Shown: positions 36,343-51,710, numbered from the stretch's first letter. The stretch is 64,000 nucleotides of DNA from Octopus bimaculoides (GCF_001194135.2 NC_068984.1:82228893-82292892), one strand, 5' to 3'. The notes: generated from the letters alone by a model not told the origin. Numbers and translations: made by a program.

Positions 36343-36595
36343 TAGCTGACATACCCAGNNNNNNNNNNNNNNNNNNNNNNNNNNNNNNNNNNNNNNNNNN
36401 NNNNNNNNNNNNNNNNNNNNNNNNNNNNNNNNNNNNNNNNNNNNNNNNNNNNNNNNNNNNNNNNNNNNNNNNNNNNNNNNNNNNNNNNNNNNNNNNNNNN
36501 NNNNNNNNNNNNNNNNNNNNNNNNNNNNNNNNNNNNNNNNNNNNNNNNNNNNNNNNNNNNNNNNNNNNNNNNNNNNNNNNNNNNNCAAAGGTCTC

Positions 36596-36626
<31 letters not shown>

Positions 36627-36627
<1 letters not shown>

Positions 36628-37470
36628 CTAGCTGACATACCCAGTAATTCCTGGGAAAGCAGGGCTTATCCCTTGGTTCCGTTCTCATAATTGTTTTGCT
36701 AATCCAATAACAACAATACAAAGTATGTAGCCCTTAAAACGGTTTTTGTGCATTTACAGAGAATACCAAACTATCTTACACAGGATTTTGTTTTTAAGAA
36801 TTCCCAATAAGTTATGAATACCCAAATTGTGAAGTCAGTTATGTAATAGCATGAAATTAGTTACCTGATAGTAAGAATTCAAATAAAGTAGCCCTGAAAA
36901 AGGCTTTAATGCATTCCCAAAGTATATAGAACTTAGGAGGAAATACTAATTAGGCATGTATACTAAAATCGTGAAGCATGTTACGCAATCAGATATGAAA
37001 TAATAACAATTCAAAGTAAATAACTCTGAAAAAGGCTTTTGTGCGTTCCCAGAGAATATTACCCTCAGTAGCGCTAATGTCGGTATATTTGTGAATAAGT
37101 CACTAAGCGAAATAAGTGGATCTATTGTTTAGGAAAATGCTATTTACTTGTTTGAGGGTTGTACTGGATAAAGTGCGGAAATAACTCTAACAGTTCAAAT
37201 ACTAAATAAGCATACTCAATTTGATTTATACCAAATTATTTAGGGAAATGAATGGGTTATTTCCCTTGGCTGTTAAATTGAAATTATTAGATATATATAA
37301 GGATCCTTTCCAGGGCCCTATTATCGATTTATTTTCAGCAATCTGAGTATGCCATGAGTTTTCCAGACATGAGTTCTAGTCACGTGTCAAGTTTCATCAA
37401 AATCAATAAAACGATGTAGGAGGAGTTAGCTAACAACTCCACAAGCACATCCACAGACAGAATTTCCCAC

Positions 37471-37475
<5 letters not shown>
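36627..37475 (+). mobile_element. Non-autonomous Helitron/Helentron-like element in a (TA)n tract
   Basis: Starts tactagctgac; 3' region aagtttcatcaaaatc...gtaggaggagtt...acagacagaatttc..tatata, an architecture known from Lep1/DINE-like rolling-circle elements; internal degenerate tandem repeats. Confidence 0.55.
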
Positions 37476-37501
<26 letters not shown>

Positions 37502-38512
37502 GTGTATATCTGTTTTAGGTTGTTTATTATTGACTATGGCATTGCTTGTAAAACTCCACCTAGTTTTAAAATATAACCAGCCAGCAACAGCTTTATTTGT
37601 TTGTAAACTAATATAATCTTCCTTCTTTCTGTCTTTGCTTTCTTTTACTTAATATTCTCCTCCCTCACTCCCACTGATAACACAGATACATGTTATCTAC
37701 ACACATATACATGTCAAAATTTGCAACAGCTGCACTTTTAACGAAACAAAAAAACCTGTTATTCAACAATAATTAGTGTAACAATAATTTGATGTAAATT
37801 ATAAGGCCTTGCTTTTTACTCAAGGATATTATGTGCTATTATTAGAAATCATAAAGTGAAGGTAAACAGCAACAAACTGAATTGAAAACTGAGTTTCTAT
37901 ATTTTGCTAAACATTAGTTTATCACAATATGATGATAAACTAAAATTTTTTGCCAAAATATCTGTTACACTTGGCACCTTCTTACACTTTCTGTTCCATT
38001 TTTTGTTCAGGTTTACCAATTTCTTCTTTATTATTATTATTATTATTACTACTCTTTTACTCATTTCAATCATTAGACTATAGACATGTTGGGATACCAC
38101 CTTGGATGGTTTTAGTTAACTACATCAACCTCATACTCAACGTGATTCTCATTTTTTTATCTCTAGTTAACAAAAAACTGGGTTTACCTTTTAATTACAG
38201 TAAACTCAGTCATTTATTCAAGTTCTTCCTCTTAGGAATATACCACAAGGAATATACACAGGTACTCCCAAAACATGCACGTTATCATCATCATCATCAT
38301 CATGTCCCTTTTTCCATACTTGCATATGAGGCAGATTTTCTATGGCCAGATGTCTTTCTAGTCACCAACCCTCACATGTTAAAAAACTGTCCAATGAACG
38401 GGAACGTGAAACTCTGAGTAACAGCTTTTTGTTATATTTCTGCTGCTTTTGATAAAGCATATTACTCTACTTTTTTTTTTCCCACCTTGTTTCACATTTA
38501 TATGCTTACTCC

Positions 38513-38558
<46 letters not shown>

Positions 38559-38795
38559 CTATTATGTAAAAGTATTGTAAGTCCAAAACGTTGCTTTTTC
38601 AGAAAACAAGAAAATAGCTTTGCCATTCTATAGCAAAACCATTGTACGACACTTTGACAGTTTTTGAAATCTTAGCATTTGAAGCAGCTGGAGATACAAT
38701 AGTTTGACCAAAAGAACCGGCTATTGCAAGCAAAAATAAATATTGAAAAAAATGCATTTGGCCAAACAACAGTTTAACATAATAGCAATGATAAA

Positions 38796-38833
<38 letters not shown>

Positions 38834-40252
38834 AAAGAGAGAGAGAGAGATTAATTTCCCTCATAACTATTATTCAACCTCATGTGCACATGCTCATATA
38901 CAAATAACAGCATGCATGATTGCCAAGTGACCCTATTTTAGACATGTGACTTCTCTCCATTAGCATGAGGGTACAAATAGGATGAGATAACATCTTCTCC
39001 TCTCCTCTGTCCCTCCAAATACAGCGTCATAAACTACTAACCTTTACTCTCATATTATTGTTGTTTCTTCTGCTTTTGTCATCATTTTTTATATTTTTAA
39101 GAATTTCCTTTGTGTATTTGTTTATCTAACAATTCTGCAGTTAGATATATAATGGATTGTATTGTTCCAGTTTGCTTCCAATAAAGCTAAGTGGAATTGT
39201 GACTGGCATAGCAAGGTGGTGGGAGCTGTTGTTTAGCACCAGGTTAGAAGTGATCCAAGAAGACTAATGCATACCAGTTTGAAACACCCTTAACCCTTCC
39301 CCACTTTTTTTGTAGACATAGTATGTCCATAGTGTGGCTTGGACAGTTTTATATAAATATGTCCTTCCATTTTAAAAACAGTAGTATTGATATAAGGGAG
39401 TTACAGCTACTGTTTCTAAAGTGATCTTCCTCATTGCTTCAAGTATGAAATGGGTTCTTTGAGATCAGAATGTCATGGAAATGGTTCAGACAAAATTTGG
39501 ATAAGGTTGATGTAAGCATCATTACTATCTGTCCATAAATATGTTCCTATCTTAAAATTTCATCCATGAATAAAAGTTATTTTATTCATGGATCAACTAA
39601 CTTTATCATTCTACATAGTATTTTATATATCAACCCTGAAAGGATGACAGGCAATGTTGACCTCAATGGGATTTTGAAATTATGGCATAGCAAACCAGAA
39701 CAAATACCTTCGAGATAGTCTATTTGATGCACTGATGGCTGCCAATTTATTACTTTCCATACTTAATGTAGTAAGAGATAAAAAAAAATCTAAAATAATA
39801 ATATTTATGTTGTGAGAATGAATTTGACCTTGACATGTACAGGAAACAACTCTGGACATGTTTTGGTCATATTAGATTCCTCTCATCAAAACATAGAAAG
39901 ACAATATAAGTAAGTGGAGAAAAGTTGAGGGATAAATACTGTGGCTAGATTCATGTAAGACTGCAGTACATCCAAAAGATTTTGGTTATGGTTTGGTTCA
40001 GACTGTTGATACCTTCTACATGAAAGAAAGGGGAAAAAAAGAGAGCTTGATTCAGATATGACTTCAGTTAAATGCGGTCAGAGAAATATTCAATACTATG
40101 AAATTCATTCATTTGTCAAATCTTAGTTCAAGAACATTATGTGCAAACCATTAAATCAAGAAGTGTATGACATCCTGAGCAAGACTTCAAGTATATTGGC
40201 AGAAACTGTGCAGAAGCCTATCAGATGTGTGTGCATTATGTACATACACACG

Positions 40253-40255
<3 letters not shown>

Positions 40256-40307
<52 letters not shown>

Positions 40308-40403
40308 NNNNNNNNNNNNNNNNNNNNNNNNNNNNNNNNNNNNNNNNNNNNNNNNNNNNNNNNNNNNNNNNNNNNNNNNNNNNNNNNNNNNNNNNNNNNN
40401 NNN

Positions 40404-40437
<34 letters not shown>
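40256..40437. repeat. (CT)n and (CA)n microsatellites flanking a gap
   Basis: Directly visible. Confidence 0.95.
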
Positions 40438-40444
<7 letters not shown>

Positions 40445-41884
40445 AGTGGGTGTTTTGACATGTTGGCAAAATTAGTGCTTTTAGTCTTACTTCAATAAAA
40501 TTAATACCAGACAAACTAAAGAGGATAATATATTCAACCTAATCCTTTAAACACAATGCTCCAGTATGACCACTGTTCAGTTACTGAACCTAATAAAATA
40601 CTAAAATAAACCCCAATTTTCCGTTTTGTTATCGTTCAGAGCTTTAGAAAATGACAACTTGGTGTATAATGCAATCTGAAATATATTCTAGTCACATGCT
40701 CTCGTCTCAAGTACCATCATGTCAGTTTTAATGTGTCAATTTAGTCTTCCTGGTATTTTACTTAGTTTGCATTTTAAAGACTCTTCTTTGTATTTGATCA
40801 GCTCTGCTCACATCTCCTTTAGTCAAAAGCGTAGAAATTTGCTCATAATATTTTTGTATTACATATAAACTAACAACAACCCAGTAGTTGTTGCTGTGTA
40901 GCCTGAGTTGGCCCTTATCAAGTAGATCTATAATCAAAGATATTTTGGCCGTGATCATCCAGTCTTTTTTTTTTATATATAACTTTTTTTATGAGCATTG
41001 CATTACATTATTCATTATCTTCCTTTTTTAAGAAGGTAGAGTAAATTTTGAGAAAATTGGCTGCTATTTCCAGTAGGTAAAGTGACTGCATAAAAGATCT
41101 CTCAATTGGCTTATATTCTAATAACAGTTAGTGACTGTCCCAAATCATATATTGTATCAAATATGTCCTTCAACTTAGTGAAATTTGGTTCACTTGTAGA
41201 TATTGCAGATATCTTGATGTCAGATGCCATTGTCAAAATCTTATTATCATCAATAAAAGGCTGAATGAAATACCTTGCAGTATTTAGTTACAGTGATTTA
41301 CATTCTGAGTTCAAATTTCATTGGAGTTGGCTTTCCAGATCAAATAAAATACCAGTCTATTATTTGGATTGATATAATCCACTTTTCTTCCCTCCAAATT
41401 TTTATGACCTAGTGAATATGTAAGAAATCAATATTGTTTTTGGCATTAGGAAAGGCATCCATCTGTAGAAACCATGCCAAAGCTGACTGTGAAGCTTGGC
41501 ACAGTCCTTTGGTTCACTACCTCCTGTTGACCCATCCAACTTTTGCCAGTATGGAAAACAAATGTTAAATGGTGGCAGTGCTGGGGGACAAGGAGGAGGA
41601 GGAGTGGCAGAATTGGTAGAGTGGTGGAGAAAATGCCATAAAGTATTTAGTTATGATCTTAGTTCAAATCCTACTGTAACCAATTTTGTTTTTCTTAACA
41701 TTGATAAAATAAATATCAGTCAAGCAGTGTGTCTATTTTTATTAACTGTAGGCGTACCTCAGAATGTGGTGTTTTGTTTCTATGTTAAAAATCATTCATA
41801 TTATTAATTAGATTAGGGCATTGAGTTAGAATGTTATGCTAAATACCTTAGAATCTTAGAATAATATTTACTTTTGTTCTACTT

Positions 41885-42180
41885 TCTGAATTTATATAAC
41901 TTGTAATTGTAGCTCTTTGTGTGGCTGAGGGCATGTCTGAAAGGGCCATTATGAACAGTAGTGGTCTCATAACAGTGCCTTGTGGAACACGGCTCACTAT
42001 TTGCATGTCATTGGAGGTGGCCTCATTGGCTACTACAACCTGACTTCTATCGTTCAGAAAGTCATGAAGCCATTCTCCCAATTTTCAGACTATACCGAGA
42101 TCATGCAGTTTGTGACATATCATTTCCATGATCGAGTTTATCAAAGGCCTTTGCAAAGTCAAGATATATCACTTCCAAAT
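41885..42180 (-). mobile_element. CR1-clade LINE RT fragment
   Basis: VIYLDFAKAFDKLDHG and WLHDFLNDRSQVVVANEATS..VPQGTVMRPLLF on the reverse strand. Confidence 0.85.
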
Positions 42181-42669
42181 TATATATATATATATATANN
42201 NNNNNNNNNNNNNNNNNNNNNNNNNNNNNNNNNNNNNNNNNNNNNNNNNNNNNNNNNNNNNNNNNNNNNNNNNNNNNNNNNNNNNNNNNNNNNNNNNNNN
42301 NNNNNNNNNNNNNNNNNNNNNNNNNNNNNNNNNNNNNNNNNNNNNNNNNNNNNNNNNNNNNNNNNNNNNNNNNNNNNNNNNNNNNNNNNNNNNNNNNNNN
42401 NNNNNNNNNNNNNNNNNNNNNNNNNNNNNNNNNNNNNNNNNNNNNNNNNNNNNNNNNNNNNNNNNNNNNNNNNNNNNNNNNNNNNNNNNNNNNNNNNNNN
42501 NNNNNNNNNNNNNNNNNNNNNNNNNNNNNNNNNNNNNNNNNNNNNNNNNNNNNNNNNNNNNNNNNNNNNNNNNNNNNNNNNNNNNNNNNNNNNNNNNNNN
42601 NNNNNNNNNNNNNNNNNNNNNNNNNNNNNNNNNNNNNNNNNNNNNNNNNNNNNNNNNNNNNNNNNNNNN

Positions 42670-42670
<1 letters not shown>

Positions 42671-42708
<38 letters not shown>

Positions 42709-42891
42709 GTATATATATACATGTATATATATATGTATGTATATATATATATGTATACATATATGTATATATATACATGTATATATATATGTATGTATAT
42801 ATATATGTATACATATATGTATATATGTATGTATATATGTGTGTATGTATATATGTGTGTATATATATATATATATATGTGTGTATATATA

Positions 42892-42933
<42 letters not shown>

Positions 42934-42945
42934 CATACACGCACA
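42671..42945. repeat. Compound (TA)n/(TATG)/(TG) microsatellite next to a gap
   Basis: Directly visible; produces the YI-repeat pseudo-ORFs. Confidence 0.95.
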
Positions 42946-45244
42946 CACGACTAAGGAAAGGCAGCCATGTCTTTTAAGAAAAGTCATCCACTGTAAGAAT
43001 ATGTTCATATTATATACCAGCCAGCTACCTAGCTGTTGTTTGGTTTGTAGGGAATATAAAAGAAACCAAAGTAATGAAAATGGAAAATAACAGCTAAAAT
43101 AGTATATTCTATTACAGTTACAGAATAGGGAAAAATATATGCTTCACCAGTTAACGATTTAATTTAGTTGTAGCAAATTTGATTGAACACAATTATGTAA
43201 TATTACTTATAATTTGAGATTCAGCTTCAATATCAAGAATAAATGCTCAAAAAAGGCAACTGTTACACACTACATGAATGAACATAGTGTTTCACAAGTC
43301 TTTCATAAATTTTATACATATAAAGTAGCAGAAATAGTGAAGTAATCTTGCAATGGGGAGTGGAGTTCCCGATATTTCCGGTAATTTCATACAGAATCCT
43401 TCTTCAGACTTGAAATGACAAAGAAAACAGGAAAGACATAAGTGTTTTTACATCCTCATACATAGAGAATGTAAAAGTTTTCTGTCTTTCTTTTCTTCCT
43501 CTGTCATTTCAACCTTGAAGAATGACTCTCTCCAAAATATTGGAAGCTCTACCGCCCACTGCAATATTAATTCACTCTTTCTGTCACTTTTTGAAACAAT
43601 ACAAGTCTTTCTAATACAAACCACTTCCAGTTTCCTTGGATTCTATCGTGTGTGCACGCACGCATGCATGCATATGTGTATAAGCATGTATGTAAGTATG
43701 TGTTGCAGTGGAGTATGCATCTAAAATATTCCTATAATTTTATACTCCTGGCTTCTCATGTGTTTTCAATGAATAACTTGAAGTATAAAGTAAAGTGATG
43801 TAGTTGTTCAAGAATTCTGCACTGAATCAAAAATGCAGTTTCAAATAGTGATGTGTTTAGGAAATAATGTATTGTGAGGTCAGGTGTTCTCTACTTATTT
43901 GAGTGATATAACTATTGAGCTGGCTGCTATCCTGCATGAGTGATTGATACAAAAAAAATGATGTCTTAGTTGATATATCGTTGTTGTCGTCTCCCATTTT
44001 TGTTGCTGTGTCTGCTGGGATTATGATTATTGGTATCGTGGCATACTTTTACATTGAGCAAACCAACAAAGCAATAGGCCTTGTTATATACCTGTGCACT
44101 AAAGATTAATTGGTCTAGAATGTAATGTCACAGAACCACTACTGGTTCTGTTGTTTCTATGGAAGCTGCTGCTGCTAATGAAGTAGGTGCACCAGTTGGT
44201 TTGTTGAGAAAACTTGACATGGGCTGATGCTGGCATGAGTTGGTCTGAGTAGACAACGTAAATCTGTGGATTTAAGTTTGCATCAATGGCACACCATGAG
44301 ACATTTAATGCAACTTCATAAATAAATTTTACTTTTACTTTTCAATTTCTCATTAGCTCTTATGTTTTCAAATGAATAAAGGAATAATTAATGAATATAA
44401 GATTTAATTCCACTATTCCCCTATTACAAAATAACAACAAAAACAACTGTAAAACGAGAAATATAACTTGTGTATTTCTCCTGGCTCTCTGCTTTGTAAG
44501 TTCAAATTCTGTTGAGGTCAACTGTGCCTTCTGTCCTTTCAGGTTCAATAAATAAATTACCAGTCCAGGATAGTGGGTTGGTGAAATTGTTAGGACATTG
44601 GATGAATACTTTCTGTGCATTCTGAGTTCAAGCTCCTACTAGACCACCATTATAGTGAAGTAGCCTCTTCTGGATAGGCTAGGAAACCCCCAAAAAGCAT
44701 CAGACTTCAAAAGAGTACATTCTTATGGCGGTAGGACAATCTAAGGGCACAAAGTCCTGAATAAATAATTATAATAATAATCCTTTCTACTATAGGCACA
44801 AGGCCTGAAATTTGGGGGAGGGGGCTAGTATTACACTAACCCCAGTGCTTATCTGGTATTCAATTTATCAACCCTGAAAGGATGAAAGGCAAAGTTGATC
44901 TCGGCAAAATTTGAACTCAGAATGTAAAGACAAACGAAATGCTGCTAAGCATTTTGCCCAGCATGGTAATGCTTCTACCAGCTTGCTGCGTTAATAATTA
45001 TGATAATGATGGTAATGATGACAAAAATCATGATAACATTGTCTCTGCTGCAACTGATGGCAACAGTTTCTCACTTCTTAGAGAGGAGATTTAATTTTAG
45101 ACTATTGCTCATTAGTAAATCTATTAGAACAACCATAATATTGCTTAGTAGACTTTTAATTATTATTTCTTGTACTGTGGATTTACCATTTTGGTAAATG
45201 TATCAGTGAATGAGCTAATGAGTGCGATGCTATGTGGTCACTCA

Positions 45245-45440
45245 AACTCCCAGTAATAGCAACCAAATCTCCTTCAAACAGCATTATGCCACCTTAAAAA
45301 TGGATGGACACATTCAATAATGTAGTCAGTGGTATGCTTGGTCTAAAAAAAAAAAAGAATTCCATGGTCATGAATACAATGCTTTTGATCATAGGTCTGC
45401 TTAATCATGTCTGACCTGGAGCTAAATAATATTAACAATA
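45245..45440 (+). mobile_element. Abundant unclassified SINE-like repeat with an (AAC)n-type tail
   Basis: Core aatagcagccaaatctcc..cacacc..cttaaaa..tgcctttgatcataggtctgc..ggctaaacaacaac recurs near 155-330, 1200-1420, 25620-25770, 28990-29100, 40885-41100, 46270-46440, 48590-48740 and 56060-56170. Confidence 0.6.
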
Positions 45441-47712
45441 GTGAGTGTAGAACCAAAGTAGACATGACATTCCCATTCTGTATGTGAGAAAGGGACTTGT
45501 ACCCTGAGATAAACTACATCCATGACCCATTTTTGATAGTAATTATTTCATTTACCTCTCTATTAACATTTGTAAAACATGACTGTCATAATTACTTTAC
45601 ACTATCTTCTGAATTCAATGTGTTTAATCACCCATCAATACTAACATCAAACAGTAAAATAATTCATTTAGATAAGATGAATAGATAAAATGGTGAATCT
45701 TTGTTCTTTTGGTACAAGGAAAATTATCATAATCGTAATGTTGAGTTCATTGAATGAATCTACTTCAGTATATTACTGGTGTTTATTTTCTTATCCCAAG
45801 CTTATTGAAGATGCTGATGGTAAGGGTTCTAGTTACAGCAGTGATTGAGGTCGTGGTGATGATCCAGACTGTGAAGATTCTGTACCATTTACTATTGAAA
45901 TATTCTATACTTTGATTACTGTTCTTCTTTGAACACTTAACCATTTGGCACCAATGATGAGTTAATGAGAAAATGGTGTTCAGTCCCAATTCACTTTTCA
46001 GTTTTGACAATGGTGACAATGAGTGATGCTGATGTACTCCAGTGAATTGTGACTACGATGAATATAGCATAGAGTTAGCTAAGTGAACATTTATCAATGA
46101 AGTATAGGACTGGTTTCAGTGGAACCTTGTCATTATGTGAACTTTCTTATATGAAAACTGTGATCCTAGATACTAGAAAATTGTTCCAGGAGAAATTTAG
46201 CTACTGTGCTTGCAATTCAAAGAAGGTTTATTCAGTTCTTTCACTAGTTCTTTTTGTATCAGCCAATGCTATTGTTGTTGTTTTTTTGTTTAGTCCCAGG
46301 CCAACCCTGATTGATCAAACTTATGATCAAAAACATTTGGGATGTCCCATACTTTTAAGTATATCTTAGAATTTCTTTTTTAAGATGCTATGGTGTAACT
46401 TGAAGGTGATTTACTATTGTTTCTAGCAGGTCAGATAGCTTTGTAGTGGTTGGCTTAATTGTTGCTGTTGTTATCATTTTTTGTGTTGTTAAATGAGGAC
46501 ATCATTTGGCATACATTCCTATCATTCTCCTCTCGTTAATCCAGAGATTAATGAGATCTGGATTAATTATTATTTATTTGCTATTTGGAAAATAGATAAA
46601 GCTCATTCTGATGCTAATTCACCATATTCTGTTTTATGACCCATGACTAAAAAGGTCGTAGTTATGGCAATCAGTTGGGAACCCAATTATGTGAGTGTAT
46701 ATTAAATCAAAGAACAAGATTAAAAAAAAAAAGACACAAATTCAGGCAATGATAACATTCTGGAAGATAATGTACTTCAGCTTCATATTTCTATAGTTAA
46801 TTTCTTATTGTATTGAGCTATGTTATCTTCCTGTTTATTTATCAAACATAGGGTATGTAAAACTACATTATCCACAATGGAGACAGCATTGATTTTTGGT
46901 GTATTTTATAATAACTGAGAGTATTTCATTTTCTGTTATCCAACCAATGCCAATATCATCAAAATGATGATAATGATGACGACTGTACTTTATATTGAAA
47001 AATACTTACTTTTTCTCTATTTTGTCTCTTGTACTTTCTCTGTATTTTTGTGTTCATTTTCTCTTGTACTCAATGCTTAAGAACATTGTGTTCTCTCTCT
47101 GACGATACTGTTGGAGGTTTTGTTGTCTGTTATTATTGTTATTCAGAAATCTTACTCATCTATGGAATTTATAATGTCATCAGTGTATTCAAGTAAGCAC
47201 TTAGGAATGACTCATAGCTATGTTGGACTGTAAAGAAGCTTATTATTTGGTTAATATTGTAACTGTGACTATCCCGATTTTGTTTAGTTGATATTAAGCT
47301 GAGAGTTAATTATCTGTGATCTTGGTATCCAATATGGTAAGCTTTCAAATCTTGACCATTGTATCTGTGTGATGATGGTTGTGCTTGGGTTTAAAACTTG
47401 CAGCCTTAGATCTTGACACTTATGATAGTGGGAAATATTAAGATAAAAGAAGATATTGGCTTAAATATGTATTTTACACCCTTCAAAAGACCATTCAACC
47501 TCCATTGGTAAAAACACATGTGCATACAGTGTTGATTATAAATGAACAACATTTGAAATATAAATAGATGGATGTGAAATGTAAACATTATATTAAAGTA
47601 TTCTCAGATGATTATATTAATAGGTCAAGTTTAATATCTCTAATCCTCACTGAGTATCTCTATAGTAATTTACTAATGCACTGTCAATCAGAATTATGTG
47701 TAACAGCTATTC

Positions 47713-47744
<32 letters not shown>

Positions 47745-47939
47745 TTCTTTCTATCTTTGTTGTTATTGCTTTGTTCTTTAATCAAAATAAAGCAGATATA
47801 TAAAAAAAAAACATCAACTCAAATGGTATTCTCTCAACAGGACATTTTTTTTTTTTGTAACATTGCTCATCTGTTGAACAGAACTTCACTAATTTGATCC
47901 AACTAAAGAATTACATACTATGGTCAGGAATGATTCAGT

Positions 47940-48280
47940 ATGATGTGTTTGTGTTATGTAATGTAATGAAATGAAATACTGTCATGACATTTCCAGTGGG
48001 ATGTTATTGTGTTACATGCTATGTTATGTAGTATATAAAACTGTAGGGTAGGGAATGTTATGTATAAAAATGGTATGGAATAGTGAGATATGCTATACTT
48101 TGCAATGTTATAATGTAAGAAATGGTATGATAAAATGAAATATAGTTTTGAAGGAGAATGTAATATAGAGTATTATCCAATGCAGTTAAAGAAATTGGGA
48201 TAAATTATGATATAGTGTATTATGATATAGATATATCAAATTACCTAATATGAAATGATGTATATGAATATATTCATGAT
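47940..48280. repeat. Decayed pentanucleotide (ATGTA/ATGAA-type) satellite
   Basis: Visible 5-bp periodicity (atgtaatgtaatgaaatgaaat...). Confidence 0.55.
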
Positions 48281-51024
48281 GTAAAGAGGCTTCATTAACT
48301 TAAAAAAGGACTTTTAAAGGCTAACTTTATCTTTGAGTTATTACCATTAAGTTAATATGTGTTTACTCTTTCAATGGAGCTGATGCTGGTCTGTTTCAGG
48401 AAGAACTCTCAACATATAGAATATCATTTCTTGAAAGCTAGATTAACTTAGGCACATGTAAATTAAGTGTATTGTCCAAATACACAGCAAAATAATGCAG
48501 TGGAATTGAACTCACGACAATAAGAGTAATAGGCCAATATCAAAGTTACTTGGCCATTTCATTTCTTCTGAATGTTGAAATACATTATATGTTGTTGTTT
48601 AGCCCCAGGTCAGACTTGTTTGAACACTGAAAGGCACTGCAACCATGATCATCCTGTCTTTTTTCTAGACAAAAAAGCAGTGTATCTAGGACTATATCAT
48701 CCAATATGTCCTTCATTCTTTAAGATGGGTATGTGATCTGTAAGTAGTTTGATTCACAAAGTAGACTATGAAATAACAAAATAAGTCATGGTATGAGATT
48801 ATATTAAATAGAATGAGATATGGTTTGGTATTATAAACTATGGTTCATTATGACATTATTTTTCTCAGACATTGGAGTATTTCGCATCACATCAGCTAGT
48901 GTATTATTAACTATTTTAAGGTGGCAGGATTTGATTGCAATTTCTAGCAGATCAAGCAACTGTATTGTAACTCTCATTGACTTGTTAAGGGTAGTGTAAA
49001 AATTGCAAAGAGGACAGACAACCAGTGAATTGTTCTCTTTTTAAATCCTTCTATTGAAATTATGACAAAGCATAAAATATATCTTGGTAAATCAGCAAGA
49101 AATTCCTGCAGACTAATAAGTTTCAGCAAACAAGAGCAAAATTAAATCAAAGAACATTTTGGACTGTCAAAATTGCTAACATTGAATTTCTCCCTGTCAT
49201 TGTTAAAGAATAAACAAAATAAAAGAGTCCTAGAGATATAAAAAAGACAAGACATCATAGCTGGAAGACTTTTGAGTGTAGATCTGTTCAACCAGGGCTG
49301 TTTTGGGCCTAAACAACAACAAAAACATCCTGCAATATGATTCTGATAACTTAGCTATTCTAGTCAGTACCCAAAATAGTAACTCTACTCTTCACAGATT
49401 TAAATAGCACTACATTTTTCTTGTTTAATGCAAAGTAAAAAAAAAAAACAGAATTAAAGCATTCCTGTTCTCTATAAATAGTAGTCTTCACAAACTTTAA
49501 TAAGCTTTCTTGTTGTCCACAGATTCTTCATATATCCAAGGCTGCTTTACAAAAAAAAAAATGGAAACTTGTGATGGTCTGCACTAGTGACAATCAATAC
49601 AAGTTCATATGGTCACAGAGTTAGCTATGTAGCTAAGGAATTCACTTTGCAGACACATGGTTTCCAGTTCCGTCCCACTGTGTATCGTGTCTTTTATCAT
49701 AGCCTTGGATTGAATAAAATCTGGAAAATGAAAATTGTGTGAGGCCCATTGTTAGTAAATGTGTGTGTGTGTGTGTGTGTGTGTGCTTCATCTAGTGATG
49801 ACACTGTCATTCTTGTCTGAAGTGTAGTCACCCAGTGATTGACTTGTTACAAAAAAATCTGTAATCAATGATGCTATTATTTGCAAATTGCAGTAAAAAA
49901 ATATCAAATATCTGAGACAGCGCACACCTACACATTGACGTTTTGGGTCATATTCAAGAAAAAGCTATCTGTCTAATAGCCACTATTTCATTTTTTAATT
50001 GTATTTCCTCTCTTACTGTTAAACTACTCTCACAGTGGTCTATGCTCCACTGAAAAGGCTTGCTCTGTATCACCACCCCCCCCAACCTAAGTCTATTTCT
50101 TGCACATGTCTACCAATATAGAGAAAGAAAAGAAAGGACAAAAGATGCTGCAGCACGGAGAGAAAGAGATCAAAGAGAGAGGGAAAATAAAAAACAGAAG
50201 TTATTATTGATGGGTGAGGGGGTAATTTGTGGTATAGTTTGTTGACAAAAACATCATACATGGATTTTTTCTTAGTGATTCACATAATGCAAATGTAAAT
50301 CTGTGTCAGTTTGTGCTAACATAGAATATGGTAGTAAAGCTATTGTAAGGTTTACCATGTCTTTTATTTAAAATGTTAGAAAGTCATTTTTAGAGTTTCC
50401 AAAATTTTTCTTACCTCTATGACTTTTCATTTTATCCTTCTATGATTGATAAAATAACACCGGTTAAATAATGAGTTAAATCAACAACTACACTTCAAAA
50501 TTTGTGGCCTTGCTTCAATGTTAGAAATCTTAGAAACATATATTTGTATTGTATGTGTATAATGCATGTACACAGGAATGTATGTGTTTATTCATGTATA
50601 TCATTTATGTATGTGTTCAACATATGTGTAAGGTGGTTGAGATACCTATAACATTCTTTGTGTTTTCAGTTAATCAACTCTAATCTCCTCATCACACTAT
50701 TTCCCTTTCCATCTACAACTTTGTTGAAGTGTCTTACCTCCTTTATCTTTCTCTTTCCCACTATGCAAAGAGAGAAAGAGAAGTATGGTGAAGAGAGACT
50801 AAAAAAAAAAATTTTTAAACAGAGAGTTTGATATCATACAAATTTACTGCTGCCATCACCACCATCCCTCTCTTCATATATGTCTTTTATTCTCTGTTTC
50901 CATTTTATTTCATTATTCCAAAGAAAGAGAAAGAGATTGGCATTACAACCTTATTTCAGTTTTCTATTTTTCTACATCTACTTCTTTGGGAGTGAGGAAT
51001 ATTTGGCTACTATTTCTCAAATGT

Positions 51025-51091
<67 letters not shown>

Positions 51092-51645
51092 AAATCTTTT
51101 CGAATTGGGTAACCATGTAACCCTCCTACAAGACACCTGTTGTTATTCCTCTAACATACTTTGACCTCTGATCACTTGACATGTAGCCACTTCCCTCCAA
51201 ACTACTCCCTACTCAGTTAAGAGGTTTTGCTGTACGAGGTATTTGGTGACCTAATCGGTATCAGCACCACCTAAAAAGCACCCAGTACACTCTGTAAAAT
51301 GCTTGGCATTAGCAATGACATCCATCTGTAGAAACCATGCAAAAGCAGACCTTGGAACTTGGTGCAGTCCTCTGGTTCACCAGCTCCTGTTGAATCAGCC
51401 AACCAGCATGGAAAATGAACGTTAAATGATGAGGAGGAGGATACATGCATGCAGCTGTGTGATTAAGAAGTTTACTTCTCATCAATGTTGTTTGGGGTCC
51501 AGTCACTGTGTGGGACTATTACCTTTAGAAATTTTTCTACTATACCTCCATGCTGATTAAAGCCTTTTGAATGTATTTGATTGACCAAAACTGAAAGAAG
51601 CCCATCAAATTTATATATGTATGCATGTGAGTATATACATACATG

Positions 51646-51710
<65 letters not shown>

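Noticed and set aside
36296-36643. Identical sequence (caaaggtctcgag(at)n actagctgacatacccag) on both sides of a gap, resembling an LTR or TSD
   Set aside because: Most simply an unmerged contig overlap at a microsatellite.
44100-44300. Ala/Thr/Ser-rich short frame on the minus strand
   Set aside because: Short, stop-bounded and lacking splice signals or a recognisable domain.
45800-46060. Acidic EDADG..DDPDCED peptide
   Set aside because: Interrupted by stops; possibly a DNA-transposon N-terminus, but no supportable family call.
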